IMG/VR virus record: IMGVR_UViG_3300010413_000020
Location: 1 to 64,000 of that record
Strand: one strand, 5' to 3'
DNA: 64,000 nucleotides
DNA from: a virus
The notes below the pieces were generated by a model, which was not told the origin of the DNA, ran no database searches, and saw only the letters and a program-made list of their open reading frames with translations. The translations under genes were made by a program, and so were the position numbers. Below, piece by piece: positions 51,434 through 60,565 of the stretch (position 1 is the stretch's first letter; each line of letters begins with the position of its first letter).

Positions 51434-53053
51434 ATGATGAAAGGCAATTTACAGCACTTTCGAATGAGTAGTGTCGCACAGGCATGGCTGCGCCTGGACG
51501 GACAACCCTTTCGATTAGATGATTGGCCGATGCACAAAGAGTTCTACGATGGGAGATTCCGCCGTAGTCTTTTTAAAACAAGTCGTCAGGTGGGTAAGAG
51601 CGTCACCATGTGCAACTTCAGTATCATTGAGTGCTCTCTTATACCGCACTTTTCTACAATGTTTGTGGCTCCCACTAAAGAGCATACCGTTAGATTTTCG
51701 AACACACGTTTAGGAAAGATTCTTCGCTACTCACCGGTTATTAACAAAACTTTTTTACGTACTGAGCTCGCTGATCGTGTGTTTCATAAACAATATACTA
51801 ACGGCTCTGAGATGCTGTTGACCTATGGGTCCGATAGTGAGGAGCGGGTTCGTGGACCTTCAACTGACAGAAACATGTACGATGAGGTCCAGGACATGCT
51901 TTATGACCCGGTTATTACTGTTGGTAATGAAACAATGTCCAATTCTCCTCATGCTTTTGAGACTTATGCGGGCACTCCTAAGACTATGGAGAATACCATT
52001 CAGTATCTCTGGGAGATTTCGACGCAGACAGAATGGGTGATGAAATGTGATGCCTGTGGGTCATACCAATTTATAGATAACGAAAAACACTTGGGGAAAT
52101 TAGGGCCGGTCTGTTTGAAATGCAAGTCTTACTTGAATCCTTTCCATGGCACCTGGATTGATATGAATCCTATAGATTACGGTGCAGGGGAAGACGAAGA
52201 CACAAAATTAAAAGGTTTCCACATATCTCAACCCATGATGCCTTTCAATGTTCCAAAGTCGATGGAAGGGCGTGGAGATATGGAAGAAGTCGCTCTCCGG
52301 CGATGGAAACGTATTATTAATAAGTTCGAGGGTACACCTATCTCTGTATTCCGCAACGAGGTTCTCGGCGTTTCCGACGCTATTGGTACCCGCGTTCTTT
52401 CTAAACAAGAGCTCCAGGCTCTTTGTACTCCCCGTGAAATGCAAGATTTCCCTAATGATAAAACACTTGAAGGAATCAGTCTTACCGTAGGTGGTGTGGA
52501 TTGGTCTGGTGGGGGTACTACAGGCGTTTCTCGTACTGTAATATGGATATGGGGTTTTAGACCTACAGACCGAAAACTAGTCTGTCTTCTCTATAAAGTG
52601 CTTGCGGGAATCAATCCAGTGAATGTCATAGACGAAATTGCAAAAATATTTGATGCATATCGTGTACAACTTGTTATTGGAGATGCGGGTGAAGGCCATA
52701 CGGCTAACAATCTTTTGCGAAGCAAAATTGGAATTCACCGAGTACAGCAAGTACAATATGGTGCCCAAAAAAAGGCTATTAACTGGAATGGAGAAGACCG
52801 TTGGATGGCCGACCGTACAACTCTTATCGACAACTATTTCATGGGTTTGAAACGGCAAGAATTTGAATTTGCTACTCGCTCTGAGATGGAAGTTGCCATC
52901 ACCGATATTCTTAACGAGTATGAGGAAATAACTACAGCAGGTCGTCGTGTTTGGCGTCATTCTCCTCAACGTCCAGATGATTGTCTTCATGCAGGACTTT
53001 TTGGTTGGCTTGCCTTTAAAATGGTTATGGGGGATATGAGAATGTATCAGTAA
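51434..53053 (+). CDS. terL: terminase large subunit (GpA-like)
   Basis: SRQVGKS, RVRG....MYDEVQD, GTPKT, CxxC pairs, GFHISQ, FRNEVLG, GVDW, PDD.LHA; exact start uncertain. Confidence 0.85.
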   Translation: MMKGNLQHFRMSSVAQAWLRLDGQPFRLDDWPMHKEFYDGRFRRSLFKTSRQVGKSVTMCNFSIIECSLIPHFSTMFVAPTKEHTVRFSNTRLGKILRYSPVINKTFLRTELADRVFHKQYTNGSEMLLTYGSDSEERVRGPSTDRNMYDEVQDMLYDPVITVGNETMSNSPHAFETYAGTPKTMENTIQYLWEISTQTEWVMKCDACGSYQFIDNEKHLGKLGPVCLKCKSYLNPFHGTWIDMNPIDYGAGEDEDTKLKGFHISQPMMPFNVPKSMEGRGDMEEVALRRWKRIINKFEGTPISVFRNEVLGVSDAIGTRVLSKQELQALCTPREMQDFPNDKTLEGISLTVGGVDWSGGGTTGVSRTVIWIWGFRPTDRKLVCLLYKVLAGINPVNVIDEIAKIFDAYRVQLVIGDAGEGHTANNLLRSKIGIHRVQQVQYGAQKKAINWNGEDRWMADRTTLIDNYFMGLKRQEFEFATRSEMEVAITDILNEYEEITTAGRRVWRHSPQRPDDCLHAGLFGWLAFKMVMGDMRMYQ

Positions 53054-53286
53054 CTTTTGTCGCTGTCCGCTTATTTTCCAATGATTGCAGTGGAAAAGAA
53101 GTGTTGTCAGAGTCTTTTTGCGAATAATGCCTATTCGCAAAATAGCGCCCTAGCTTGATTGCAAAGAACGGAGCGTAACGCTCCAGCGTCTCTAACAGAG
53201 AGAAGCTCCGACAAAAGTCGCTGACCTTCTGGAGAGGGCCCTTTCAGGTCCTCCTGAAGACGGGACCTCGGCAAGAGGACAAACCC

Positions 53287-54115
53287 GGTACTGCTGTCAT
53301 TAGATGGGGCTTTTATCCCCGGCCCGAGTGGCGTGGGCTTCCACGGGGCAGGCGGGCTCGGGGGTAAAAGAACCAGTAATGGCACTGCTGTCTTAACGTC
53401 CTGTTTAGGGTGCTCCTGATAGCCTGCGACTTGAAGAGGCGCGGCTCTCAGGGGCGTCCCTGAACAGGTGGTTCAGGCACTGCTGTCTTAACGGGCCGGA
53501 ACTGGTCAGAACCGTGGGGTGAGCCGTGAGGCGAAACCCCGGTGAGGACCTAGTCCGGCTGTTCAGGCACTGCTGTCTTTAGAATCTAGTGGCCTGCCAA
53601 AGGAAAAGCGAAGCGATCCTTAGGCAGAGCAGACTAGAGACTAAGGCACTGCTGTCTTATTTTCTCAACGCGAAGCCGCCCGGCTGCAGCACACTACTGT
53701 GCGGAAGCCTGGTGCGGCTGAACGGGGAGAAAATAGGCACTGCTGTCTTATGGGGTCCACACCGCGCACTCCTCGGGGCTGCGGTGTGACGCCTAGGCAC
53801 TGCTGTCCTATGCATTTGCCGCGGGCACTGCATGACATTTCCCGTCCAATTGAATGAAATGCCTGCGAGTGCCTCGCGTCGAATGATTGGGCACTGCTGT
53901 CTTGCATACGTTCCCCGTGCGAGGTGTAATGGTAGCCGAAGGGGCCATTATCACCTGCGGGGGAACATATACAGGCACCGTTGACTTTGCTCGGGCCCAT
54001 GTGCCCAACGGCAGTGGGCTCCGTGCAAGGCACTGCTGTGATCTAGGAGACGAAAGCCACCACCCCGTGGTGAACAAAGTGAACCACTCAGGTGGTGGCG
54101 CGTTTCCTAATCGCG
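53287..54115. repeat. array of ten 14-nt direct repeats (consensus GGCACTGCTGTCTT) separating unique hairpin units
   Basis: Repeats start at 53287, 53381, 53476, 53566, 53645, 53736, 53796, 53890, 53974 and 54029; spacers 41-81 nt, each self-complementary. Confidence 0.92.
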
Positions 54116-54207
54116 ACAATCAGTAATGGAGCGTATCGCTCCGACTCCGACAGCGCTCTGTTTTATAATACAGATGGAGTTCCAGTACCAAAAGCTTATA
54201 CCGATAG

Positions 54208-57200
54208 TTAATCGATGTTTGTAAAATCGTAACGAATTTCTTCTTCAATAAAGTCGTAATCTTCTTGATTGAATTCTACAACGGGATGTTCTGACAGGTA
54301 ATGGTCAACAGATTGCAGTTCTCCATAAGAAGGGCCTACTTCTACATCCCAGGCAAAGGGTACAGGAAGCCATGGATATTGCTTAGCCACTCTGCGAACA
54401 CCGTATTCTTTGAAGAAGTCCGGCATTTGTCCAATGTATTTTTTAGGCAGTTCGAAAACGATAGAATCATGTACAGTAATGAGCAGATGTCCTCCCATAT
54501 CGCGAATAGGACCATCTACATCACAGAGAACACCCATCACAATATCTGAACTTGTACTTTGTATTTTGAAGTTAACCGCTTGACGTTCTGCTTTGGCAAC
54601 CATATAGCGAGTCATTCCCTGTAGATCAAGACGTCGTCGGCGTCCGATAAACGTTTCAACTAACCCAAAGTTGTGTACCTGATCTTTTGTAAGTTGAATA
54701 TACTTCGGGATTGTGGGAAACATTCTAAAGAGAACATCGATAATTGCTTGTGCTTGGTCATTGGGAATTCCAACAATAACTGAGATTTTATTTTTACTGG
54801 CTCCATAAAGAATTCCAAAAACCACTCGTTTTACATTCTTACGAAGCTTATCGAGTTGTTTTCCATACCAAGGATCATCCTTCTCTATTTGTTCTCTATT
54901 TTGAAAGTCTTCGTAGGTCCAAGCGTGAACATCATCGATGCCTATTGTATCTAGAACTTTTTGTTTATCGCTTTCGCGTACTCCCTGTAAGACGCTCTTA
55001 GGATTATAAACCATAGAGGAAAAGAAACTATGTGGGTCCATTCCATCATTTAAAGCTCGAATGAGGTTGGGGTCTTTACTGTACGCAGCGTAAACGCGCA
55101 CTTCTGCGGCTTTGGCATCAGCGTTAACAATTAATTGAGTTTCGGGATTAGTGGGAATGAATATCTTTTTGATATTATGTGAACCGATTCGTTTAGGGAT
55201 ATTTTGCATATTTTCATCAGAGGATGATAGCCTTCCCGTTGCGGTTCCTGCTATATGAAAAGATGTGTGCATCTTTCCATCTTCTCGACTCAATGCTCTG
55301 ATGTTTTCTACGAATGTGTTTCGTGCTTTGCTTACTCCTCGGTATTTAAGGAGAGCTTTGGCAAAGGGACAATCTTGTTGTGTTACAAGTCCTCTTAAAA
55401 ATTTAGCGTCAGTTGAAATCTTGCCTGTAGGCGTGTAACTTAATTCTTCTTCAGTCAAATGATTATAAGATATTATCTCGTTAGTTTCGGGATGATAGAA
55501 TCCCGCACCGAATAGAACTTTTCGAAGATGGGCAGTGCTATTAGGATTGAATTGCTCATCGAAGAGATTTGGTGGGATCATTTTAAAGAGATCGATTTTA
55601 AGCATTATAATTGATTCATCCATATCGACGACTAAGTCTTCGATATATTTTTGGTCAACTGCCATACCGTAGAGTTCCATGTCTGCTAATATCTTAGAAG
55701 AAGGAATTAATCGCTCGAACATCAAATCTTTCAATGGGTCTTTGGAAGAACATTCAGGAGTAGCGATATTACGAAAATAAGGACTCTTACTTATCTCTCG
55801 ACGTTGTTTTGCTAAGTGTTTATTCTCTTCTTCAATTCGAGCTCTTTGAATTGTGATAAGTTGTCGAGTAACATCGGCATCTACCGCGCCATATTCATTT
55901 AAGTCCTTTAAGGGAATATTAATAAAACCTTCGTCTTGCGCCAGTTTTTTAGCAGCGCCTTTTTCTTGAGCTGCTTCTTTCAATGCGTCTTTGGTTTCTA
56001 AACTATCCAAAATAGTTTTGAGTTGGTCTTCGTAACCTGAGTATTTTGGAATCATTAATTTAGTTAGGGCTTTCAGGCTATAATAACCACGTTTATCCTC
56101 AGAAATTAAGTGCTCTCCCAACATCGTATCCCATGCAAATCTACGGACTTCCCAACCTTTACGTTGTAATACTTTGAGGTCGAACTTAGCGTTGTGAAAT
56201 CCTTTGGGTTTAGGACATTGGAGTAACTGTGTAATATAAGGATGGACATCTGCCAGACTCCAAGGGGTTTCGGGGTGTTCAATAGGGATAGACGCAGCTT
56301 TGCCTGGTGCCCAAGAAACTACAAGACTTAAGATTTTAAGTTTTTCACGATGAGGATATAGCGTATTGGTTTCAGTATCAATTGCGATGACGTGGTTATC
56401 TGGGTTCTTTCCTGGAGGAGCGTATTCGACAACCATTTCTACGAGTTTACGCACGTCATCCAATTTCTTTGGAAAGATATAATCTTTAATCAATTCACTT
56501 AAGGGCACTTCGGTATTAATAGTTTTTCCATGCTGTTGTTCGTAGACAGCATCCATAAACATTTCTACGTGCTGTTGGAAGATTTTGTAGTATCCGGTTT
56601 TGACCAATAATGCACGTTTAGAAAACGTGGGAAATATAATTACAGGGCGATTACCTAATTTAGTCTCCAGGAATTTGCCTTGGACCGAAGCGTATTTTCC
56701 GATCTTAAGACCGAAAGACTGCACGACTGATGGCCCAAGGGCAAATACCATTATAGGTTGATCGTTATGTTTAGCGTGCTTGAATATTTCATCACGGAAT
56801 TGAAGATAACAACATGAACGCATTCTTTTATTGGGTTTATCCACACTACATCTGACAGACGAAGTGTACCGACCAATAAGATTAGCTGTGCGTTTGTGTG
56901 TGTCTTTATATTTTACGAAAGTATCCAGAATAACTTTTTCAACATCGTATCTCCAAGTAGTGTGATTTTTTACATCAGCTGACGGCCCTGGAAGATAAGG
57001 CGATTCGGTAATGCAGAAATAATCGGCTCCAGTAGGGCCAATGCCCTCTGCATAATGTTCTTTGCGGTAAGCGGGACATTCCGAACACTTAGAACCTTTC
57101 CATGCATTAGGGCCACATAAATTACACTGTAAAAATTCAGTAGAGGTTTCGTTACCATTCGTGGTCACTTGCGTCTTTGGCCTGTTCGGTGGGTTTATCT

Positions 57201-57210
57201 TCGTCGGCAT
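54208..57210 (-). CDS. polA: family A DNA polymerase with N-terminal UDG-like domain and 3'-5' exonuclease
   Basis: IDTET, HNAKFD, YGAVDAD, TATGRLSSS..NMQNIP, DAKAAEVR, RKNVKRVVFGILYG, NFKIQS, TVHDSI. Confidence 0.93.
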   Translation of the reverse strand: MPTKINPPNRPKTQVTTNGNETSTEFLQCNLCGPNAWKGSKCSECPAYRKEHYAEGIGPTGADYFCITESPYLPGPSADVKNHTTWRYDVEKVILDTFVKYKDTHKRTANLIGRYTSSVRCSVDKPNKRMRSCCYLQFRDEIFKHAKHNDQPIMVFALGPSVVQSFGLKIGKYASVQGKFLETKLGNRPVIIFPTFSKRALLVKTGYYKIFQQHVEMFMDAVYEQQHGKTINTEVPLSELIKDYIFPKKLDDVRKLVEMVVEYAPPGKNPDNHVIAIDTETNTLYPHREKLKILSLVVSWAPGKAASIPIEHPETPWSLADVHPYITQLLQCPKPKGFHNAKFDLKVLQRKGWEVRRFAWDTMLGEHLISEDKRGYYSLKALTKLMIPKYSGYEDQLKTILDSLETKDALKEAAQEKGAAKKLAQDEGFINIPLKDLNEYGAVDADVTRQLITIQRARIEEENKHLAKQRREISKSPYFRNIATPECSSKDPLKDLMFERLIPSSKILADMELYGMAVDQKYIEDLVVDMDESIIMLKIDLFKMIPPNLFDEQFNPNSTAHLRKVLFGAGFYHPETNEIISYNHLTEEELSYTPTGKISTDAKFLRGLVTQQDCPFAKALLKYRGVSKARNTFVENIRALSREDGKMHTSFHIAGTATGRLSSSDENMQNIPKRIGSHNIKKIFIPTNPETQLIVNADAKAAEVRVYAAYSKDPNLIRALNDGMDPHSFFSSMVYNPKSVLQGVRESDKQKVLDTIGIDDVHAWTYEDFQNREQIEKDDPWYGKQLDKLRKNVKRVVFGILYGASKNKISVIVGIPNDQAQAIIDVLFRMFPTIPKYIQLTKDQVHNFGLVETFIGRRRRLDLQGMTRYMVAKAERQAVNFKIQSTSSDIVMGVLCDVDGPIRDMGGHLLITVHDSIVFELPKKYIGQMPDFFKEYGVRRVAKQYPWLPVPFAWDVEVGPSYGELQSVDHYLSEHPVVEFNQEDYDFIEEEIRYDFTNID

Positions 57211-60200
57211 GGGTTCCCTCGCTTACTGTTTCCGCATTTGTTGCCATTCCTTCCTGGGCGGCTTTAACGGTATCGTCGAGTGCTTCTTGGGCGGAATCTA
57301 ACCATTCTTTTGCACGAAAAACGACAACGTCTTGTAGCTTAATACCTGCACCCAGATACGGTCCTACTTTCCGTAAAATATTACTTTGTTGAACTTCTTT
57401 AGGAGATAGGGCGGCACGATGTCGTTCTAATGTATCTCGCAATCTAGAACCGGACATTCCGTAGGTCTTTAATTGAGAAGGGAGCAACCGCGGGACAGCT
57501 TGGTCGAGAAGCATTAAAAGCAATTCTTTCTCCTCATCAAAGTAGATTCCACAGGCGGAGGTATTTATTTCAGCTCGTTTTTCTGGGGATACTAATAGAT
57601 TAGCTACAGAGACATTAATGTTGGTTTCTCTCTGATAAATTACTGGATTATACAACATTGAACCAAGGTAACTCTCGGATTCAGAAATAGTGGTTGCCCG
57701 AAGAATAGTACTCTCATTGCTGATAATATATTTACGAAAGAACGTCTTCCAATCGAGTCCCAACAATTTCATAACTGCAGCAGCACTAAATAATGAAGAT
57801 GCATAACGCCACTCTACGGTAAATGGAAGAGTTGCTTGGAGTTCATGTGCTTCACGTCGAATTTCTTTTTCGTATTGAGCCAGAGTAATTGCGTGCGGGA
57901 ACATCGCAGTTGTGACTTCGTGAGCCATCTCTTCAATGCGTGTTTGTCCAAACTCATGGAGAATGACATTTACGGGATTGTTCTTTCCCTTTATTTTTTT
58001 CATTTCAACCATGAGCATTCTATTGAGATCCTGCGGTCGTTCTGCTCCTTGAATTGCGGCAAAGATGATGGGCATGCGTAATATCGATTCATAGTGAGTA
58101 CCGTCAGGCCGTCCGCGAATACGACGAGTTTCTCCAGAGATAAGACCACGAACCATTTCGAGAATTTTTCTGACTTCTTCACCGGTTCGAGTATTGTTGC
58201 TCTCAAACTCATCGAGAACTGCTAACCGAGAATCGCAATTACACATGCTCGCGACAGATGCTGCTGTGTAATTCTCTGTTCCTTGTGAGGCATACAACAA
58301 TCTAATTCCCGCATAACCAAGACCTGAAAAAGTTGAGAGAAGACTAGTTTTTCCTGAATGGGTATCCCCACTAACAAACAGCATAAGCGGACGTTCAAAT
58401 GCATCCATGATAGGAAAGACAAGCATAAGAGCAGCGAGCAGTTGTGTAGTTACTTCTTGATTCTTGAATTTGTATCCGATGTCATACAAATGAACCAGAT
58501 CGTCATATAACTTCTTTAAATCTGCTTCTTTGCCATCATTAAGTTTTTTAATTGAGAGACCTCCTGGATACCAAGGTTCTTCAACATTGCCTTTAATTCC
58601 TACGTCGAAGATGATGCCGTTTTCAGATGGACCTTCCAACTGTTCATAGGTGACTTTAGGACCGTCTCTTCGGATAGCAAAGACATCAGCCCCGCAAACA
58701 AGATATTCAACCAAAGCTTTGGTTGGAAGTTCAATACAGTGATAACCTTGACGGTATTGGCGTGATGACATGAAATCGGGAGCTCCTCTCGCTAATGTTT
58801 GAATTGCTTCCCGTATGAAATAACCAAGTTGTTTATCCAATTTGTGTCTGACAAGTCCATCTGTCTGTTCGGGCAATTCTAGGAATGAAGGAAAACCTAC
58901 TTTTTCAACAACGAAATCGAATAGAGTTCCTACAATCGGTGCTAGTTCTTGTTTAAGCGATTGTTCACTATCTAGTTTTACACGATTGAAACGTTTATTT
59001 CGTTTATCATATAAAACTAAATAGCGATTGCCTGCGTTAATTTCCGTTCCTACAACGAAGAGTAATTCTCTCAAAGCATCAGTACATCGCATGATGAATC
59101 CATTTTCACTTTCTTCACGCGATGCTATTTGTCGTCGTAGGATGTCGGGGTTTACATTGTATTTAGATGCAACGGCTTCAGAAAAAGCTTCGCATTCCAA
59201 TCGGTCTTTCAAATACTTACCGTGCTCGGCGGCTTTTTCTATGAGATTGCGATAGTCATTTTCCGCTACTGCATCTAACTCTACAGATGCTCTCTCAAAC
59301 GCCCAGTCCCATGCAGTAGTAAAGTTGTCGTTGAATTTATTCCAAATGAATTGAGAAACTTTAGGCTCACCTAATTTAACAATAGCTTCATCTATGTCTT
59401 TACACCCAATCAGGTTATCCCAACCAACGAATACACGAGTTTCTAATTTAACAATTTTCTCTAACCAACTTTGTACGATTTCATTTCCTTTAGCAGATGG
59501 TGCGTCACCAATCAAATAAGCTTTGGAAATCCCCGAGGCTCTAAGAATTGGTTCAATATGCCCGGCTCCCCCCCGACCTCCAACCGAATATAGAGGATAA
59601 CGAGCTCTGCCCGCTTGTGCAAAACGCGCCATTGTAGAGAGAACATCAATTTCTCCTTCAGTTAGATACGCATAATCTACTTCAGCTTTGGGGTCTACAA
59701 AACCACGGTATTGATCCCAACCTAAACCGAAAAGTCCAAGTAAATCTTCAAAGTCGTCGTCGGGAATTGATATTTGTTTGGGTTTGTTGTTATTGGGAGC
59801 CCTTAATTTGAGTCTTCCAATTTCCTTAGGATTAACGTGTAACGGAAATAAAACCGAACCAGCAAAATTGGCATCACGAATATAATTTTTCAAATATTCG
59901 AATGCTGGGTCTGCTAAGTTTTGTGGTTCAGATTTCTTATTCGTTTGATTTTCCCACTGCTTGTGTGCACGCCGGAAACGTTTAATCATTATTTCTTGAA
60001 GTCGTGTGAGTTCAGGCATAATCCCGACAGGTAGGGCATGGAGTACATCCTTGGGAATACTGCGTGCGTTTATTAACCAATCTAATGCCTTTTTTGCTAT
60101 TTGATTTTCTTTCTTATCAGGGTCGGCCAGCGCATCACACATGAAATCGTGTGTTACTCTATAAATTTCCTCCTTCATTTGTAGGTTTCTACGCTGTGCT

Positions 60201-60565
60201 TCCAGTTCTGCTAATGCCTTCTTAGGCAAGAAGTTCATTCCGAACTTTTCTCTGAGATGTTGAAATGCTTCTGCTTCAGAAGCGTCGAGAAAGAGACTAA
60301 GAAGCTCTAGGGGATTGGTAATATAATGACCGCACCCGAAACATTTAGCGTAACCCCTACCGGTATAGATGTAGAATGAAGGGTCTTTGTCATCGTGTTC
60401 GGGGTTAACGCAAAGTCCCTTCAGTATGTCTTTCCCCGCGGGAATAAAGTTATGTGAGCGTTTGTAGTTATTGGCTATGTCTAACCAGTTGTGTGTACCT
60501 ACTTGCGCCCAAATCTTCCATAACTGATCCCTAGTCAGCCCTTTGTTCTTTTTCTTTGTTGCCAT
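57152..60565 (-). CDS. primase-helicase (Zn finger, TOPRIM, P-loop NTPase)
   Basis: C...H.DKDPSF...CFGC, LTEGEID, IGD, KDIDE, GDTHSGKTS, LDEFE; ATG 60565 preferred. Confidence 0.8.
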   Translation of the reverse strand: MATKKKNKGLTRDQLWKIWAQVGTHNWLDIANNYKRSHNFIPAGKDILKGLCVNPEHDDKDPSFYIYTGRGYAKCFGCGHYITNPLELLSLFLDASEAEAFQHLREKFGMNFLPKKALAELEAQRRNLQMKEEIYRVTHDFMCDALADPDKKENQIAKKALDWLINARSIPKDVLHALPVGIMPELTRLQEIMIKRFRRAHKQWENQTNKKSEPQNLADPAFEYLKNYIRDANFAGSVLFPLHVNPKEIGRLKLRAPNNNKPKQISIPDDDFEDLLGLFGLGWDQYRGFVDPKAEVDYAYLTEGEIDVLSTMARFAQAGRARYPLYSVGGRGGAGHIEPILRASGISKAYLIGDAPSAKGNEIVQSWLEKIVKLETRVFVGWDNLIGCKDIDEAIVKLGEPKVSQFIWNKFNDNFTTAWDWAFERASVELDAVAENDYRNLIEKAAEHGKYLKDRLECEAFSEAVASKYNVNPDILRRQIASREESENGFIMRCTDALRELLFVVGTEINAGNRYLVLYDKRNKRFNRVKLDSEQSLKQELAPIVGTLFDFVVEKVGFPSFLELPEQTDGLVRHKLDKQLGYFIREAIQTLARGAPDFMSSRQYRQGYHCIELPTKALVEYLVCGADVFAIRRDGPKVTYEQLEGPSENGIIFDVGIKGNVEEPWYPGGLSIKKLNDGKEADLKKLYDDLVHLYDIGYKFKNQEVTTQLLAALMLVFPIMDAFERPLMLFVSGDTHSGKTSLLSTFSGLGYAGIRLLYASQGTENYTAASVASMCNCDSRLAVLDEFESNNTRTGEEVRKILEMVRGLISGETRRIRGRPDGTHYESILRMPIIFAAIQGAERPQDLNRMLMVEMKKIKGKNNPVNVILHEFGQTRIEEMAHEVTTAMFPHAITLAQYEKEIRREAHELQATLPFTVEWRYASSLFSAAAVMKLLGLDWKTFFRKYIISNESTILRATTISESESYLGSMLYNPVIYQRETNINVSVANLLVSPEKRAEINTSACGIYFDEEKELLLMLLDQAVPRLLPSQLKTYGMSGSRLRDTLERHRAALSPKEVQQSNILRKVGPYLGAGIKLQDVVVFRAKEWLDSAQEALDDTVKAAQEGMATNAETVSEGTHADEDKPTEQAKDASDHEW

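Noticed and set aside
53920-53990. tRNA (GGTGTAATGGTAGC resembles a D-arm)
   Set aside because: No TTCG T-arm or acceptor stem; the segment pairs within an array hairpin.
53287-54042. Canonical CRISPR array
   Set aside because: Repeats are only 14 nt; spacers are 41-81 nt and self-complementary; no cas1, cas2 or effector genes are present in the window.
53131-54126. ORFs over the array (53131-53385, 53589-53789, 53665-54033, 53808-54119, 53887-54126)
   Set aside because: They overlap on both strands, lack clear RBSs and have atypical composition; explained by GC-rich structured DNA.
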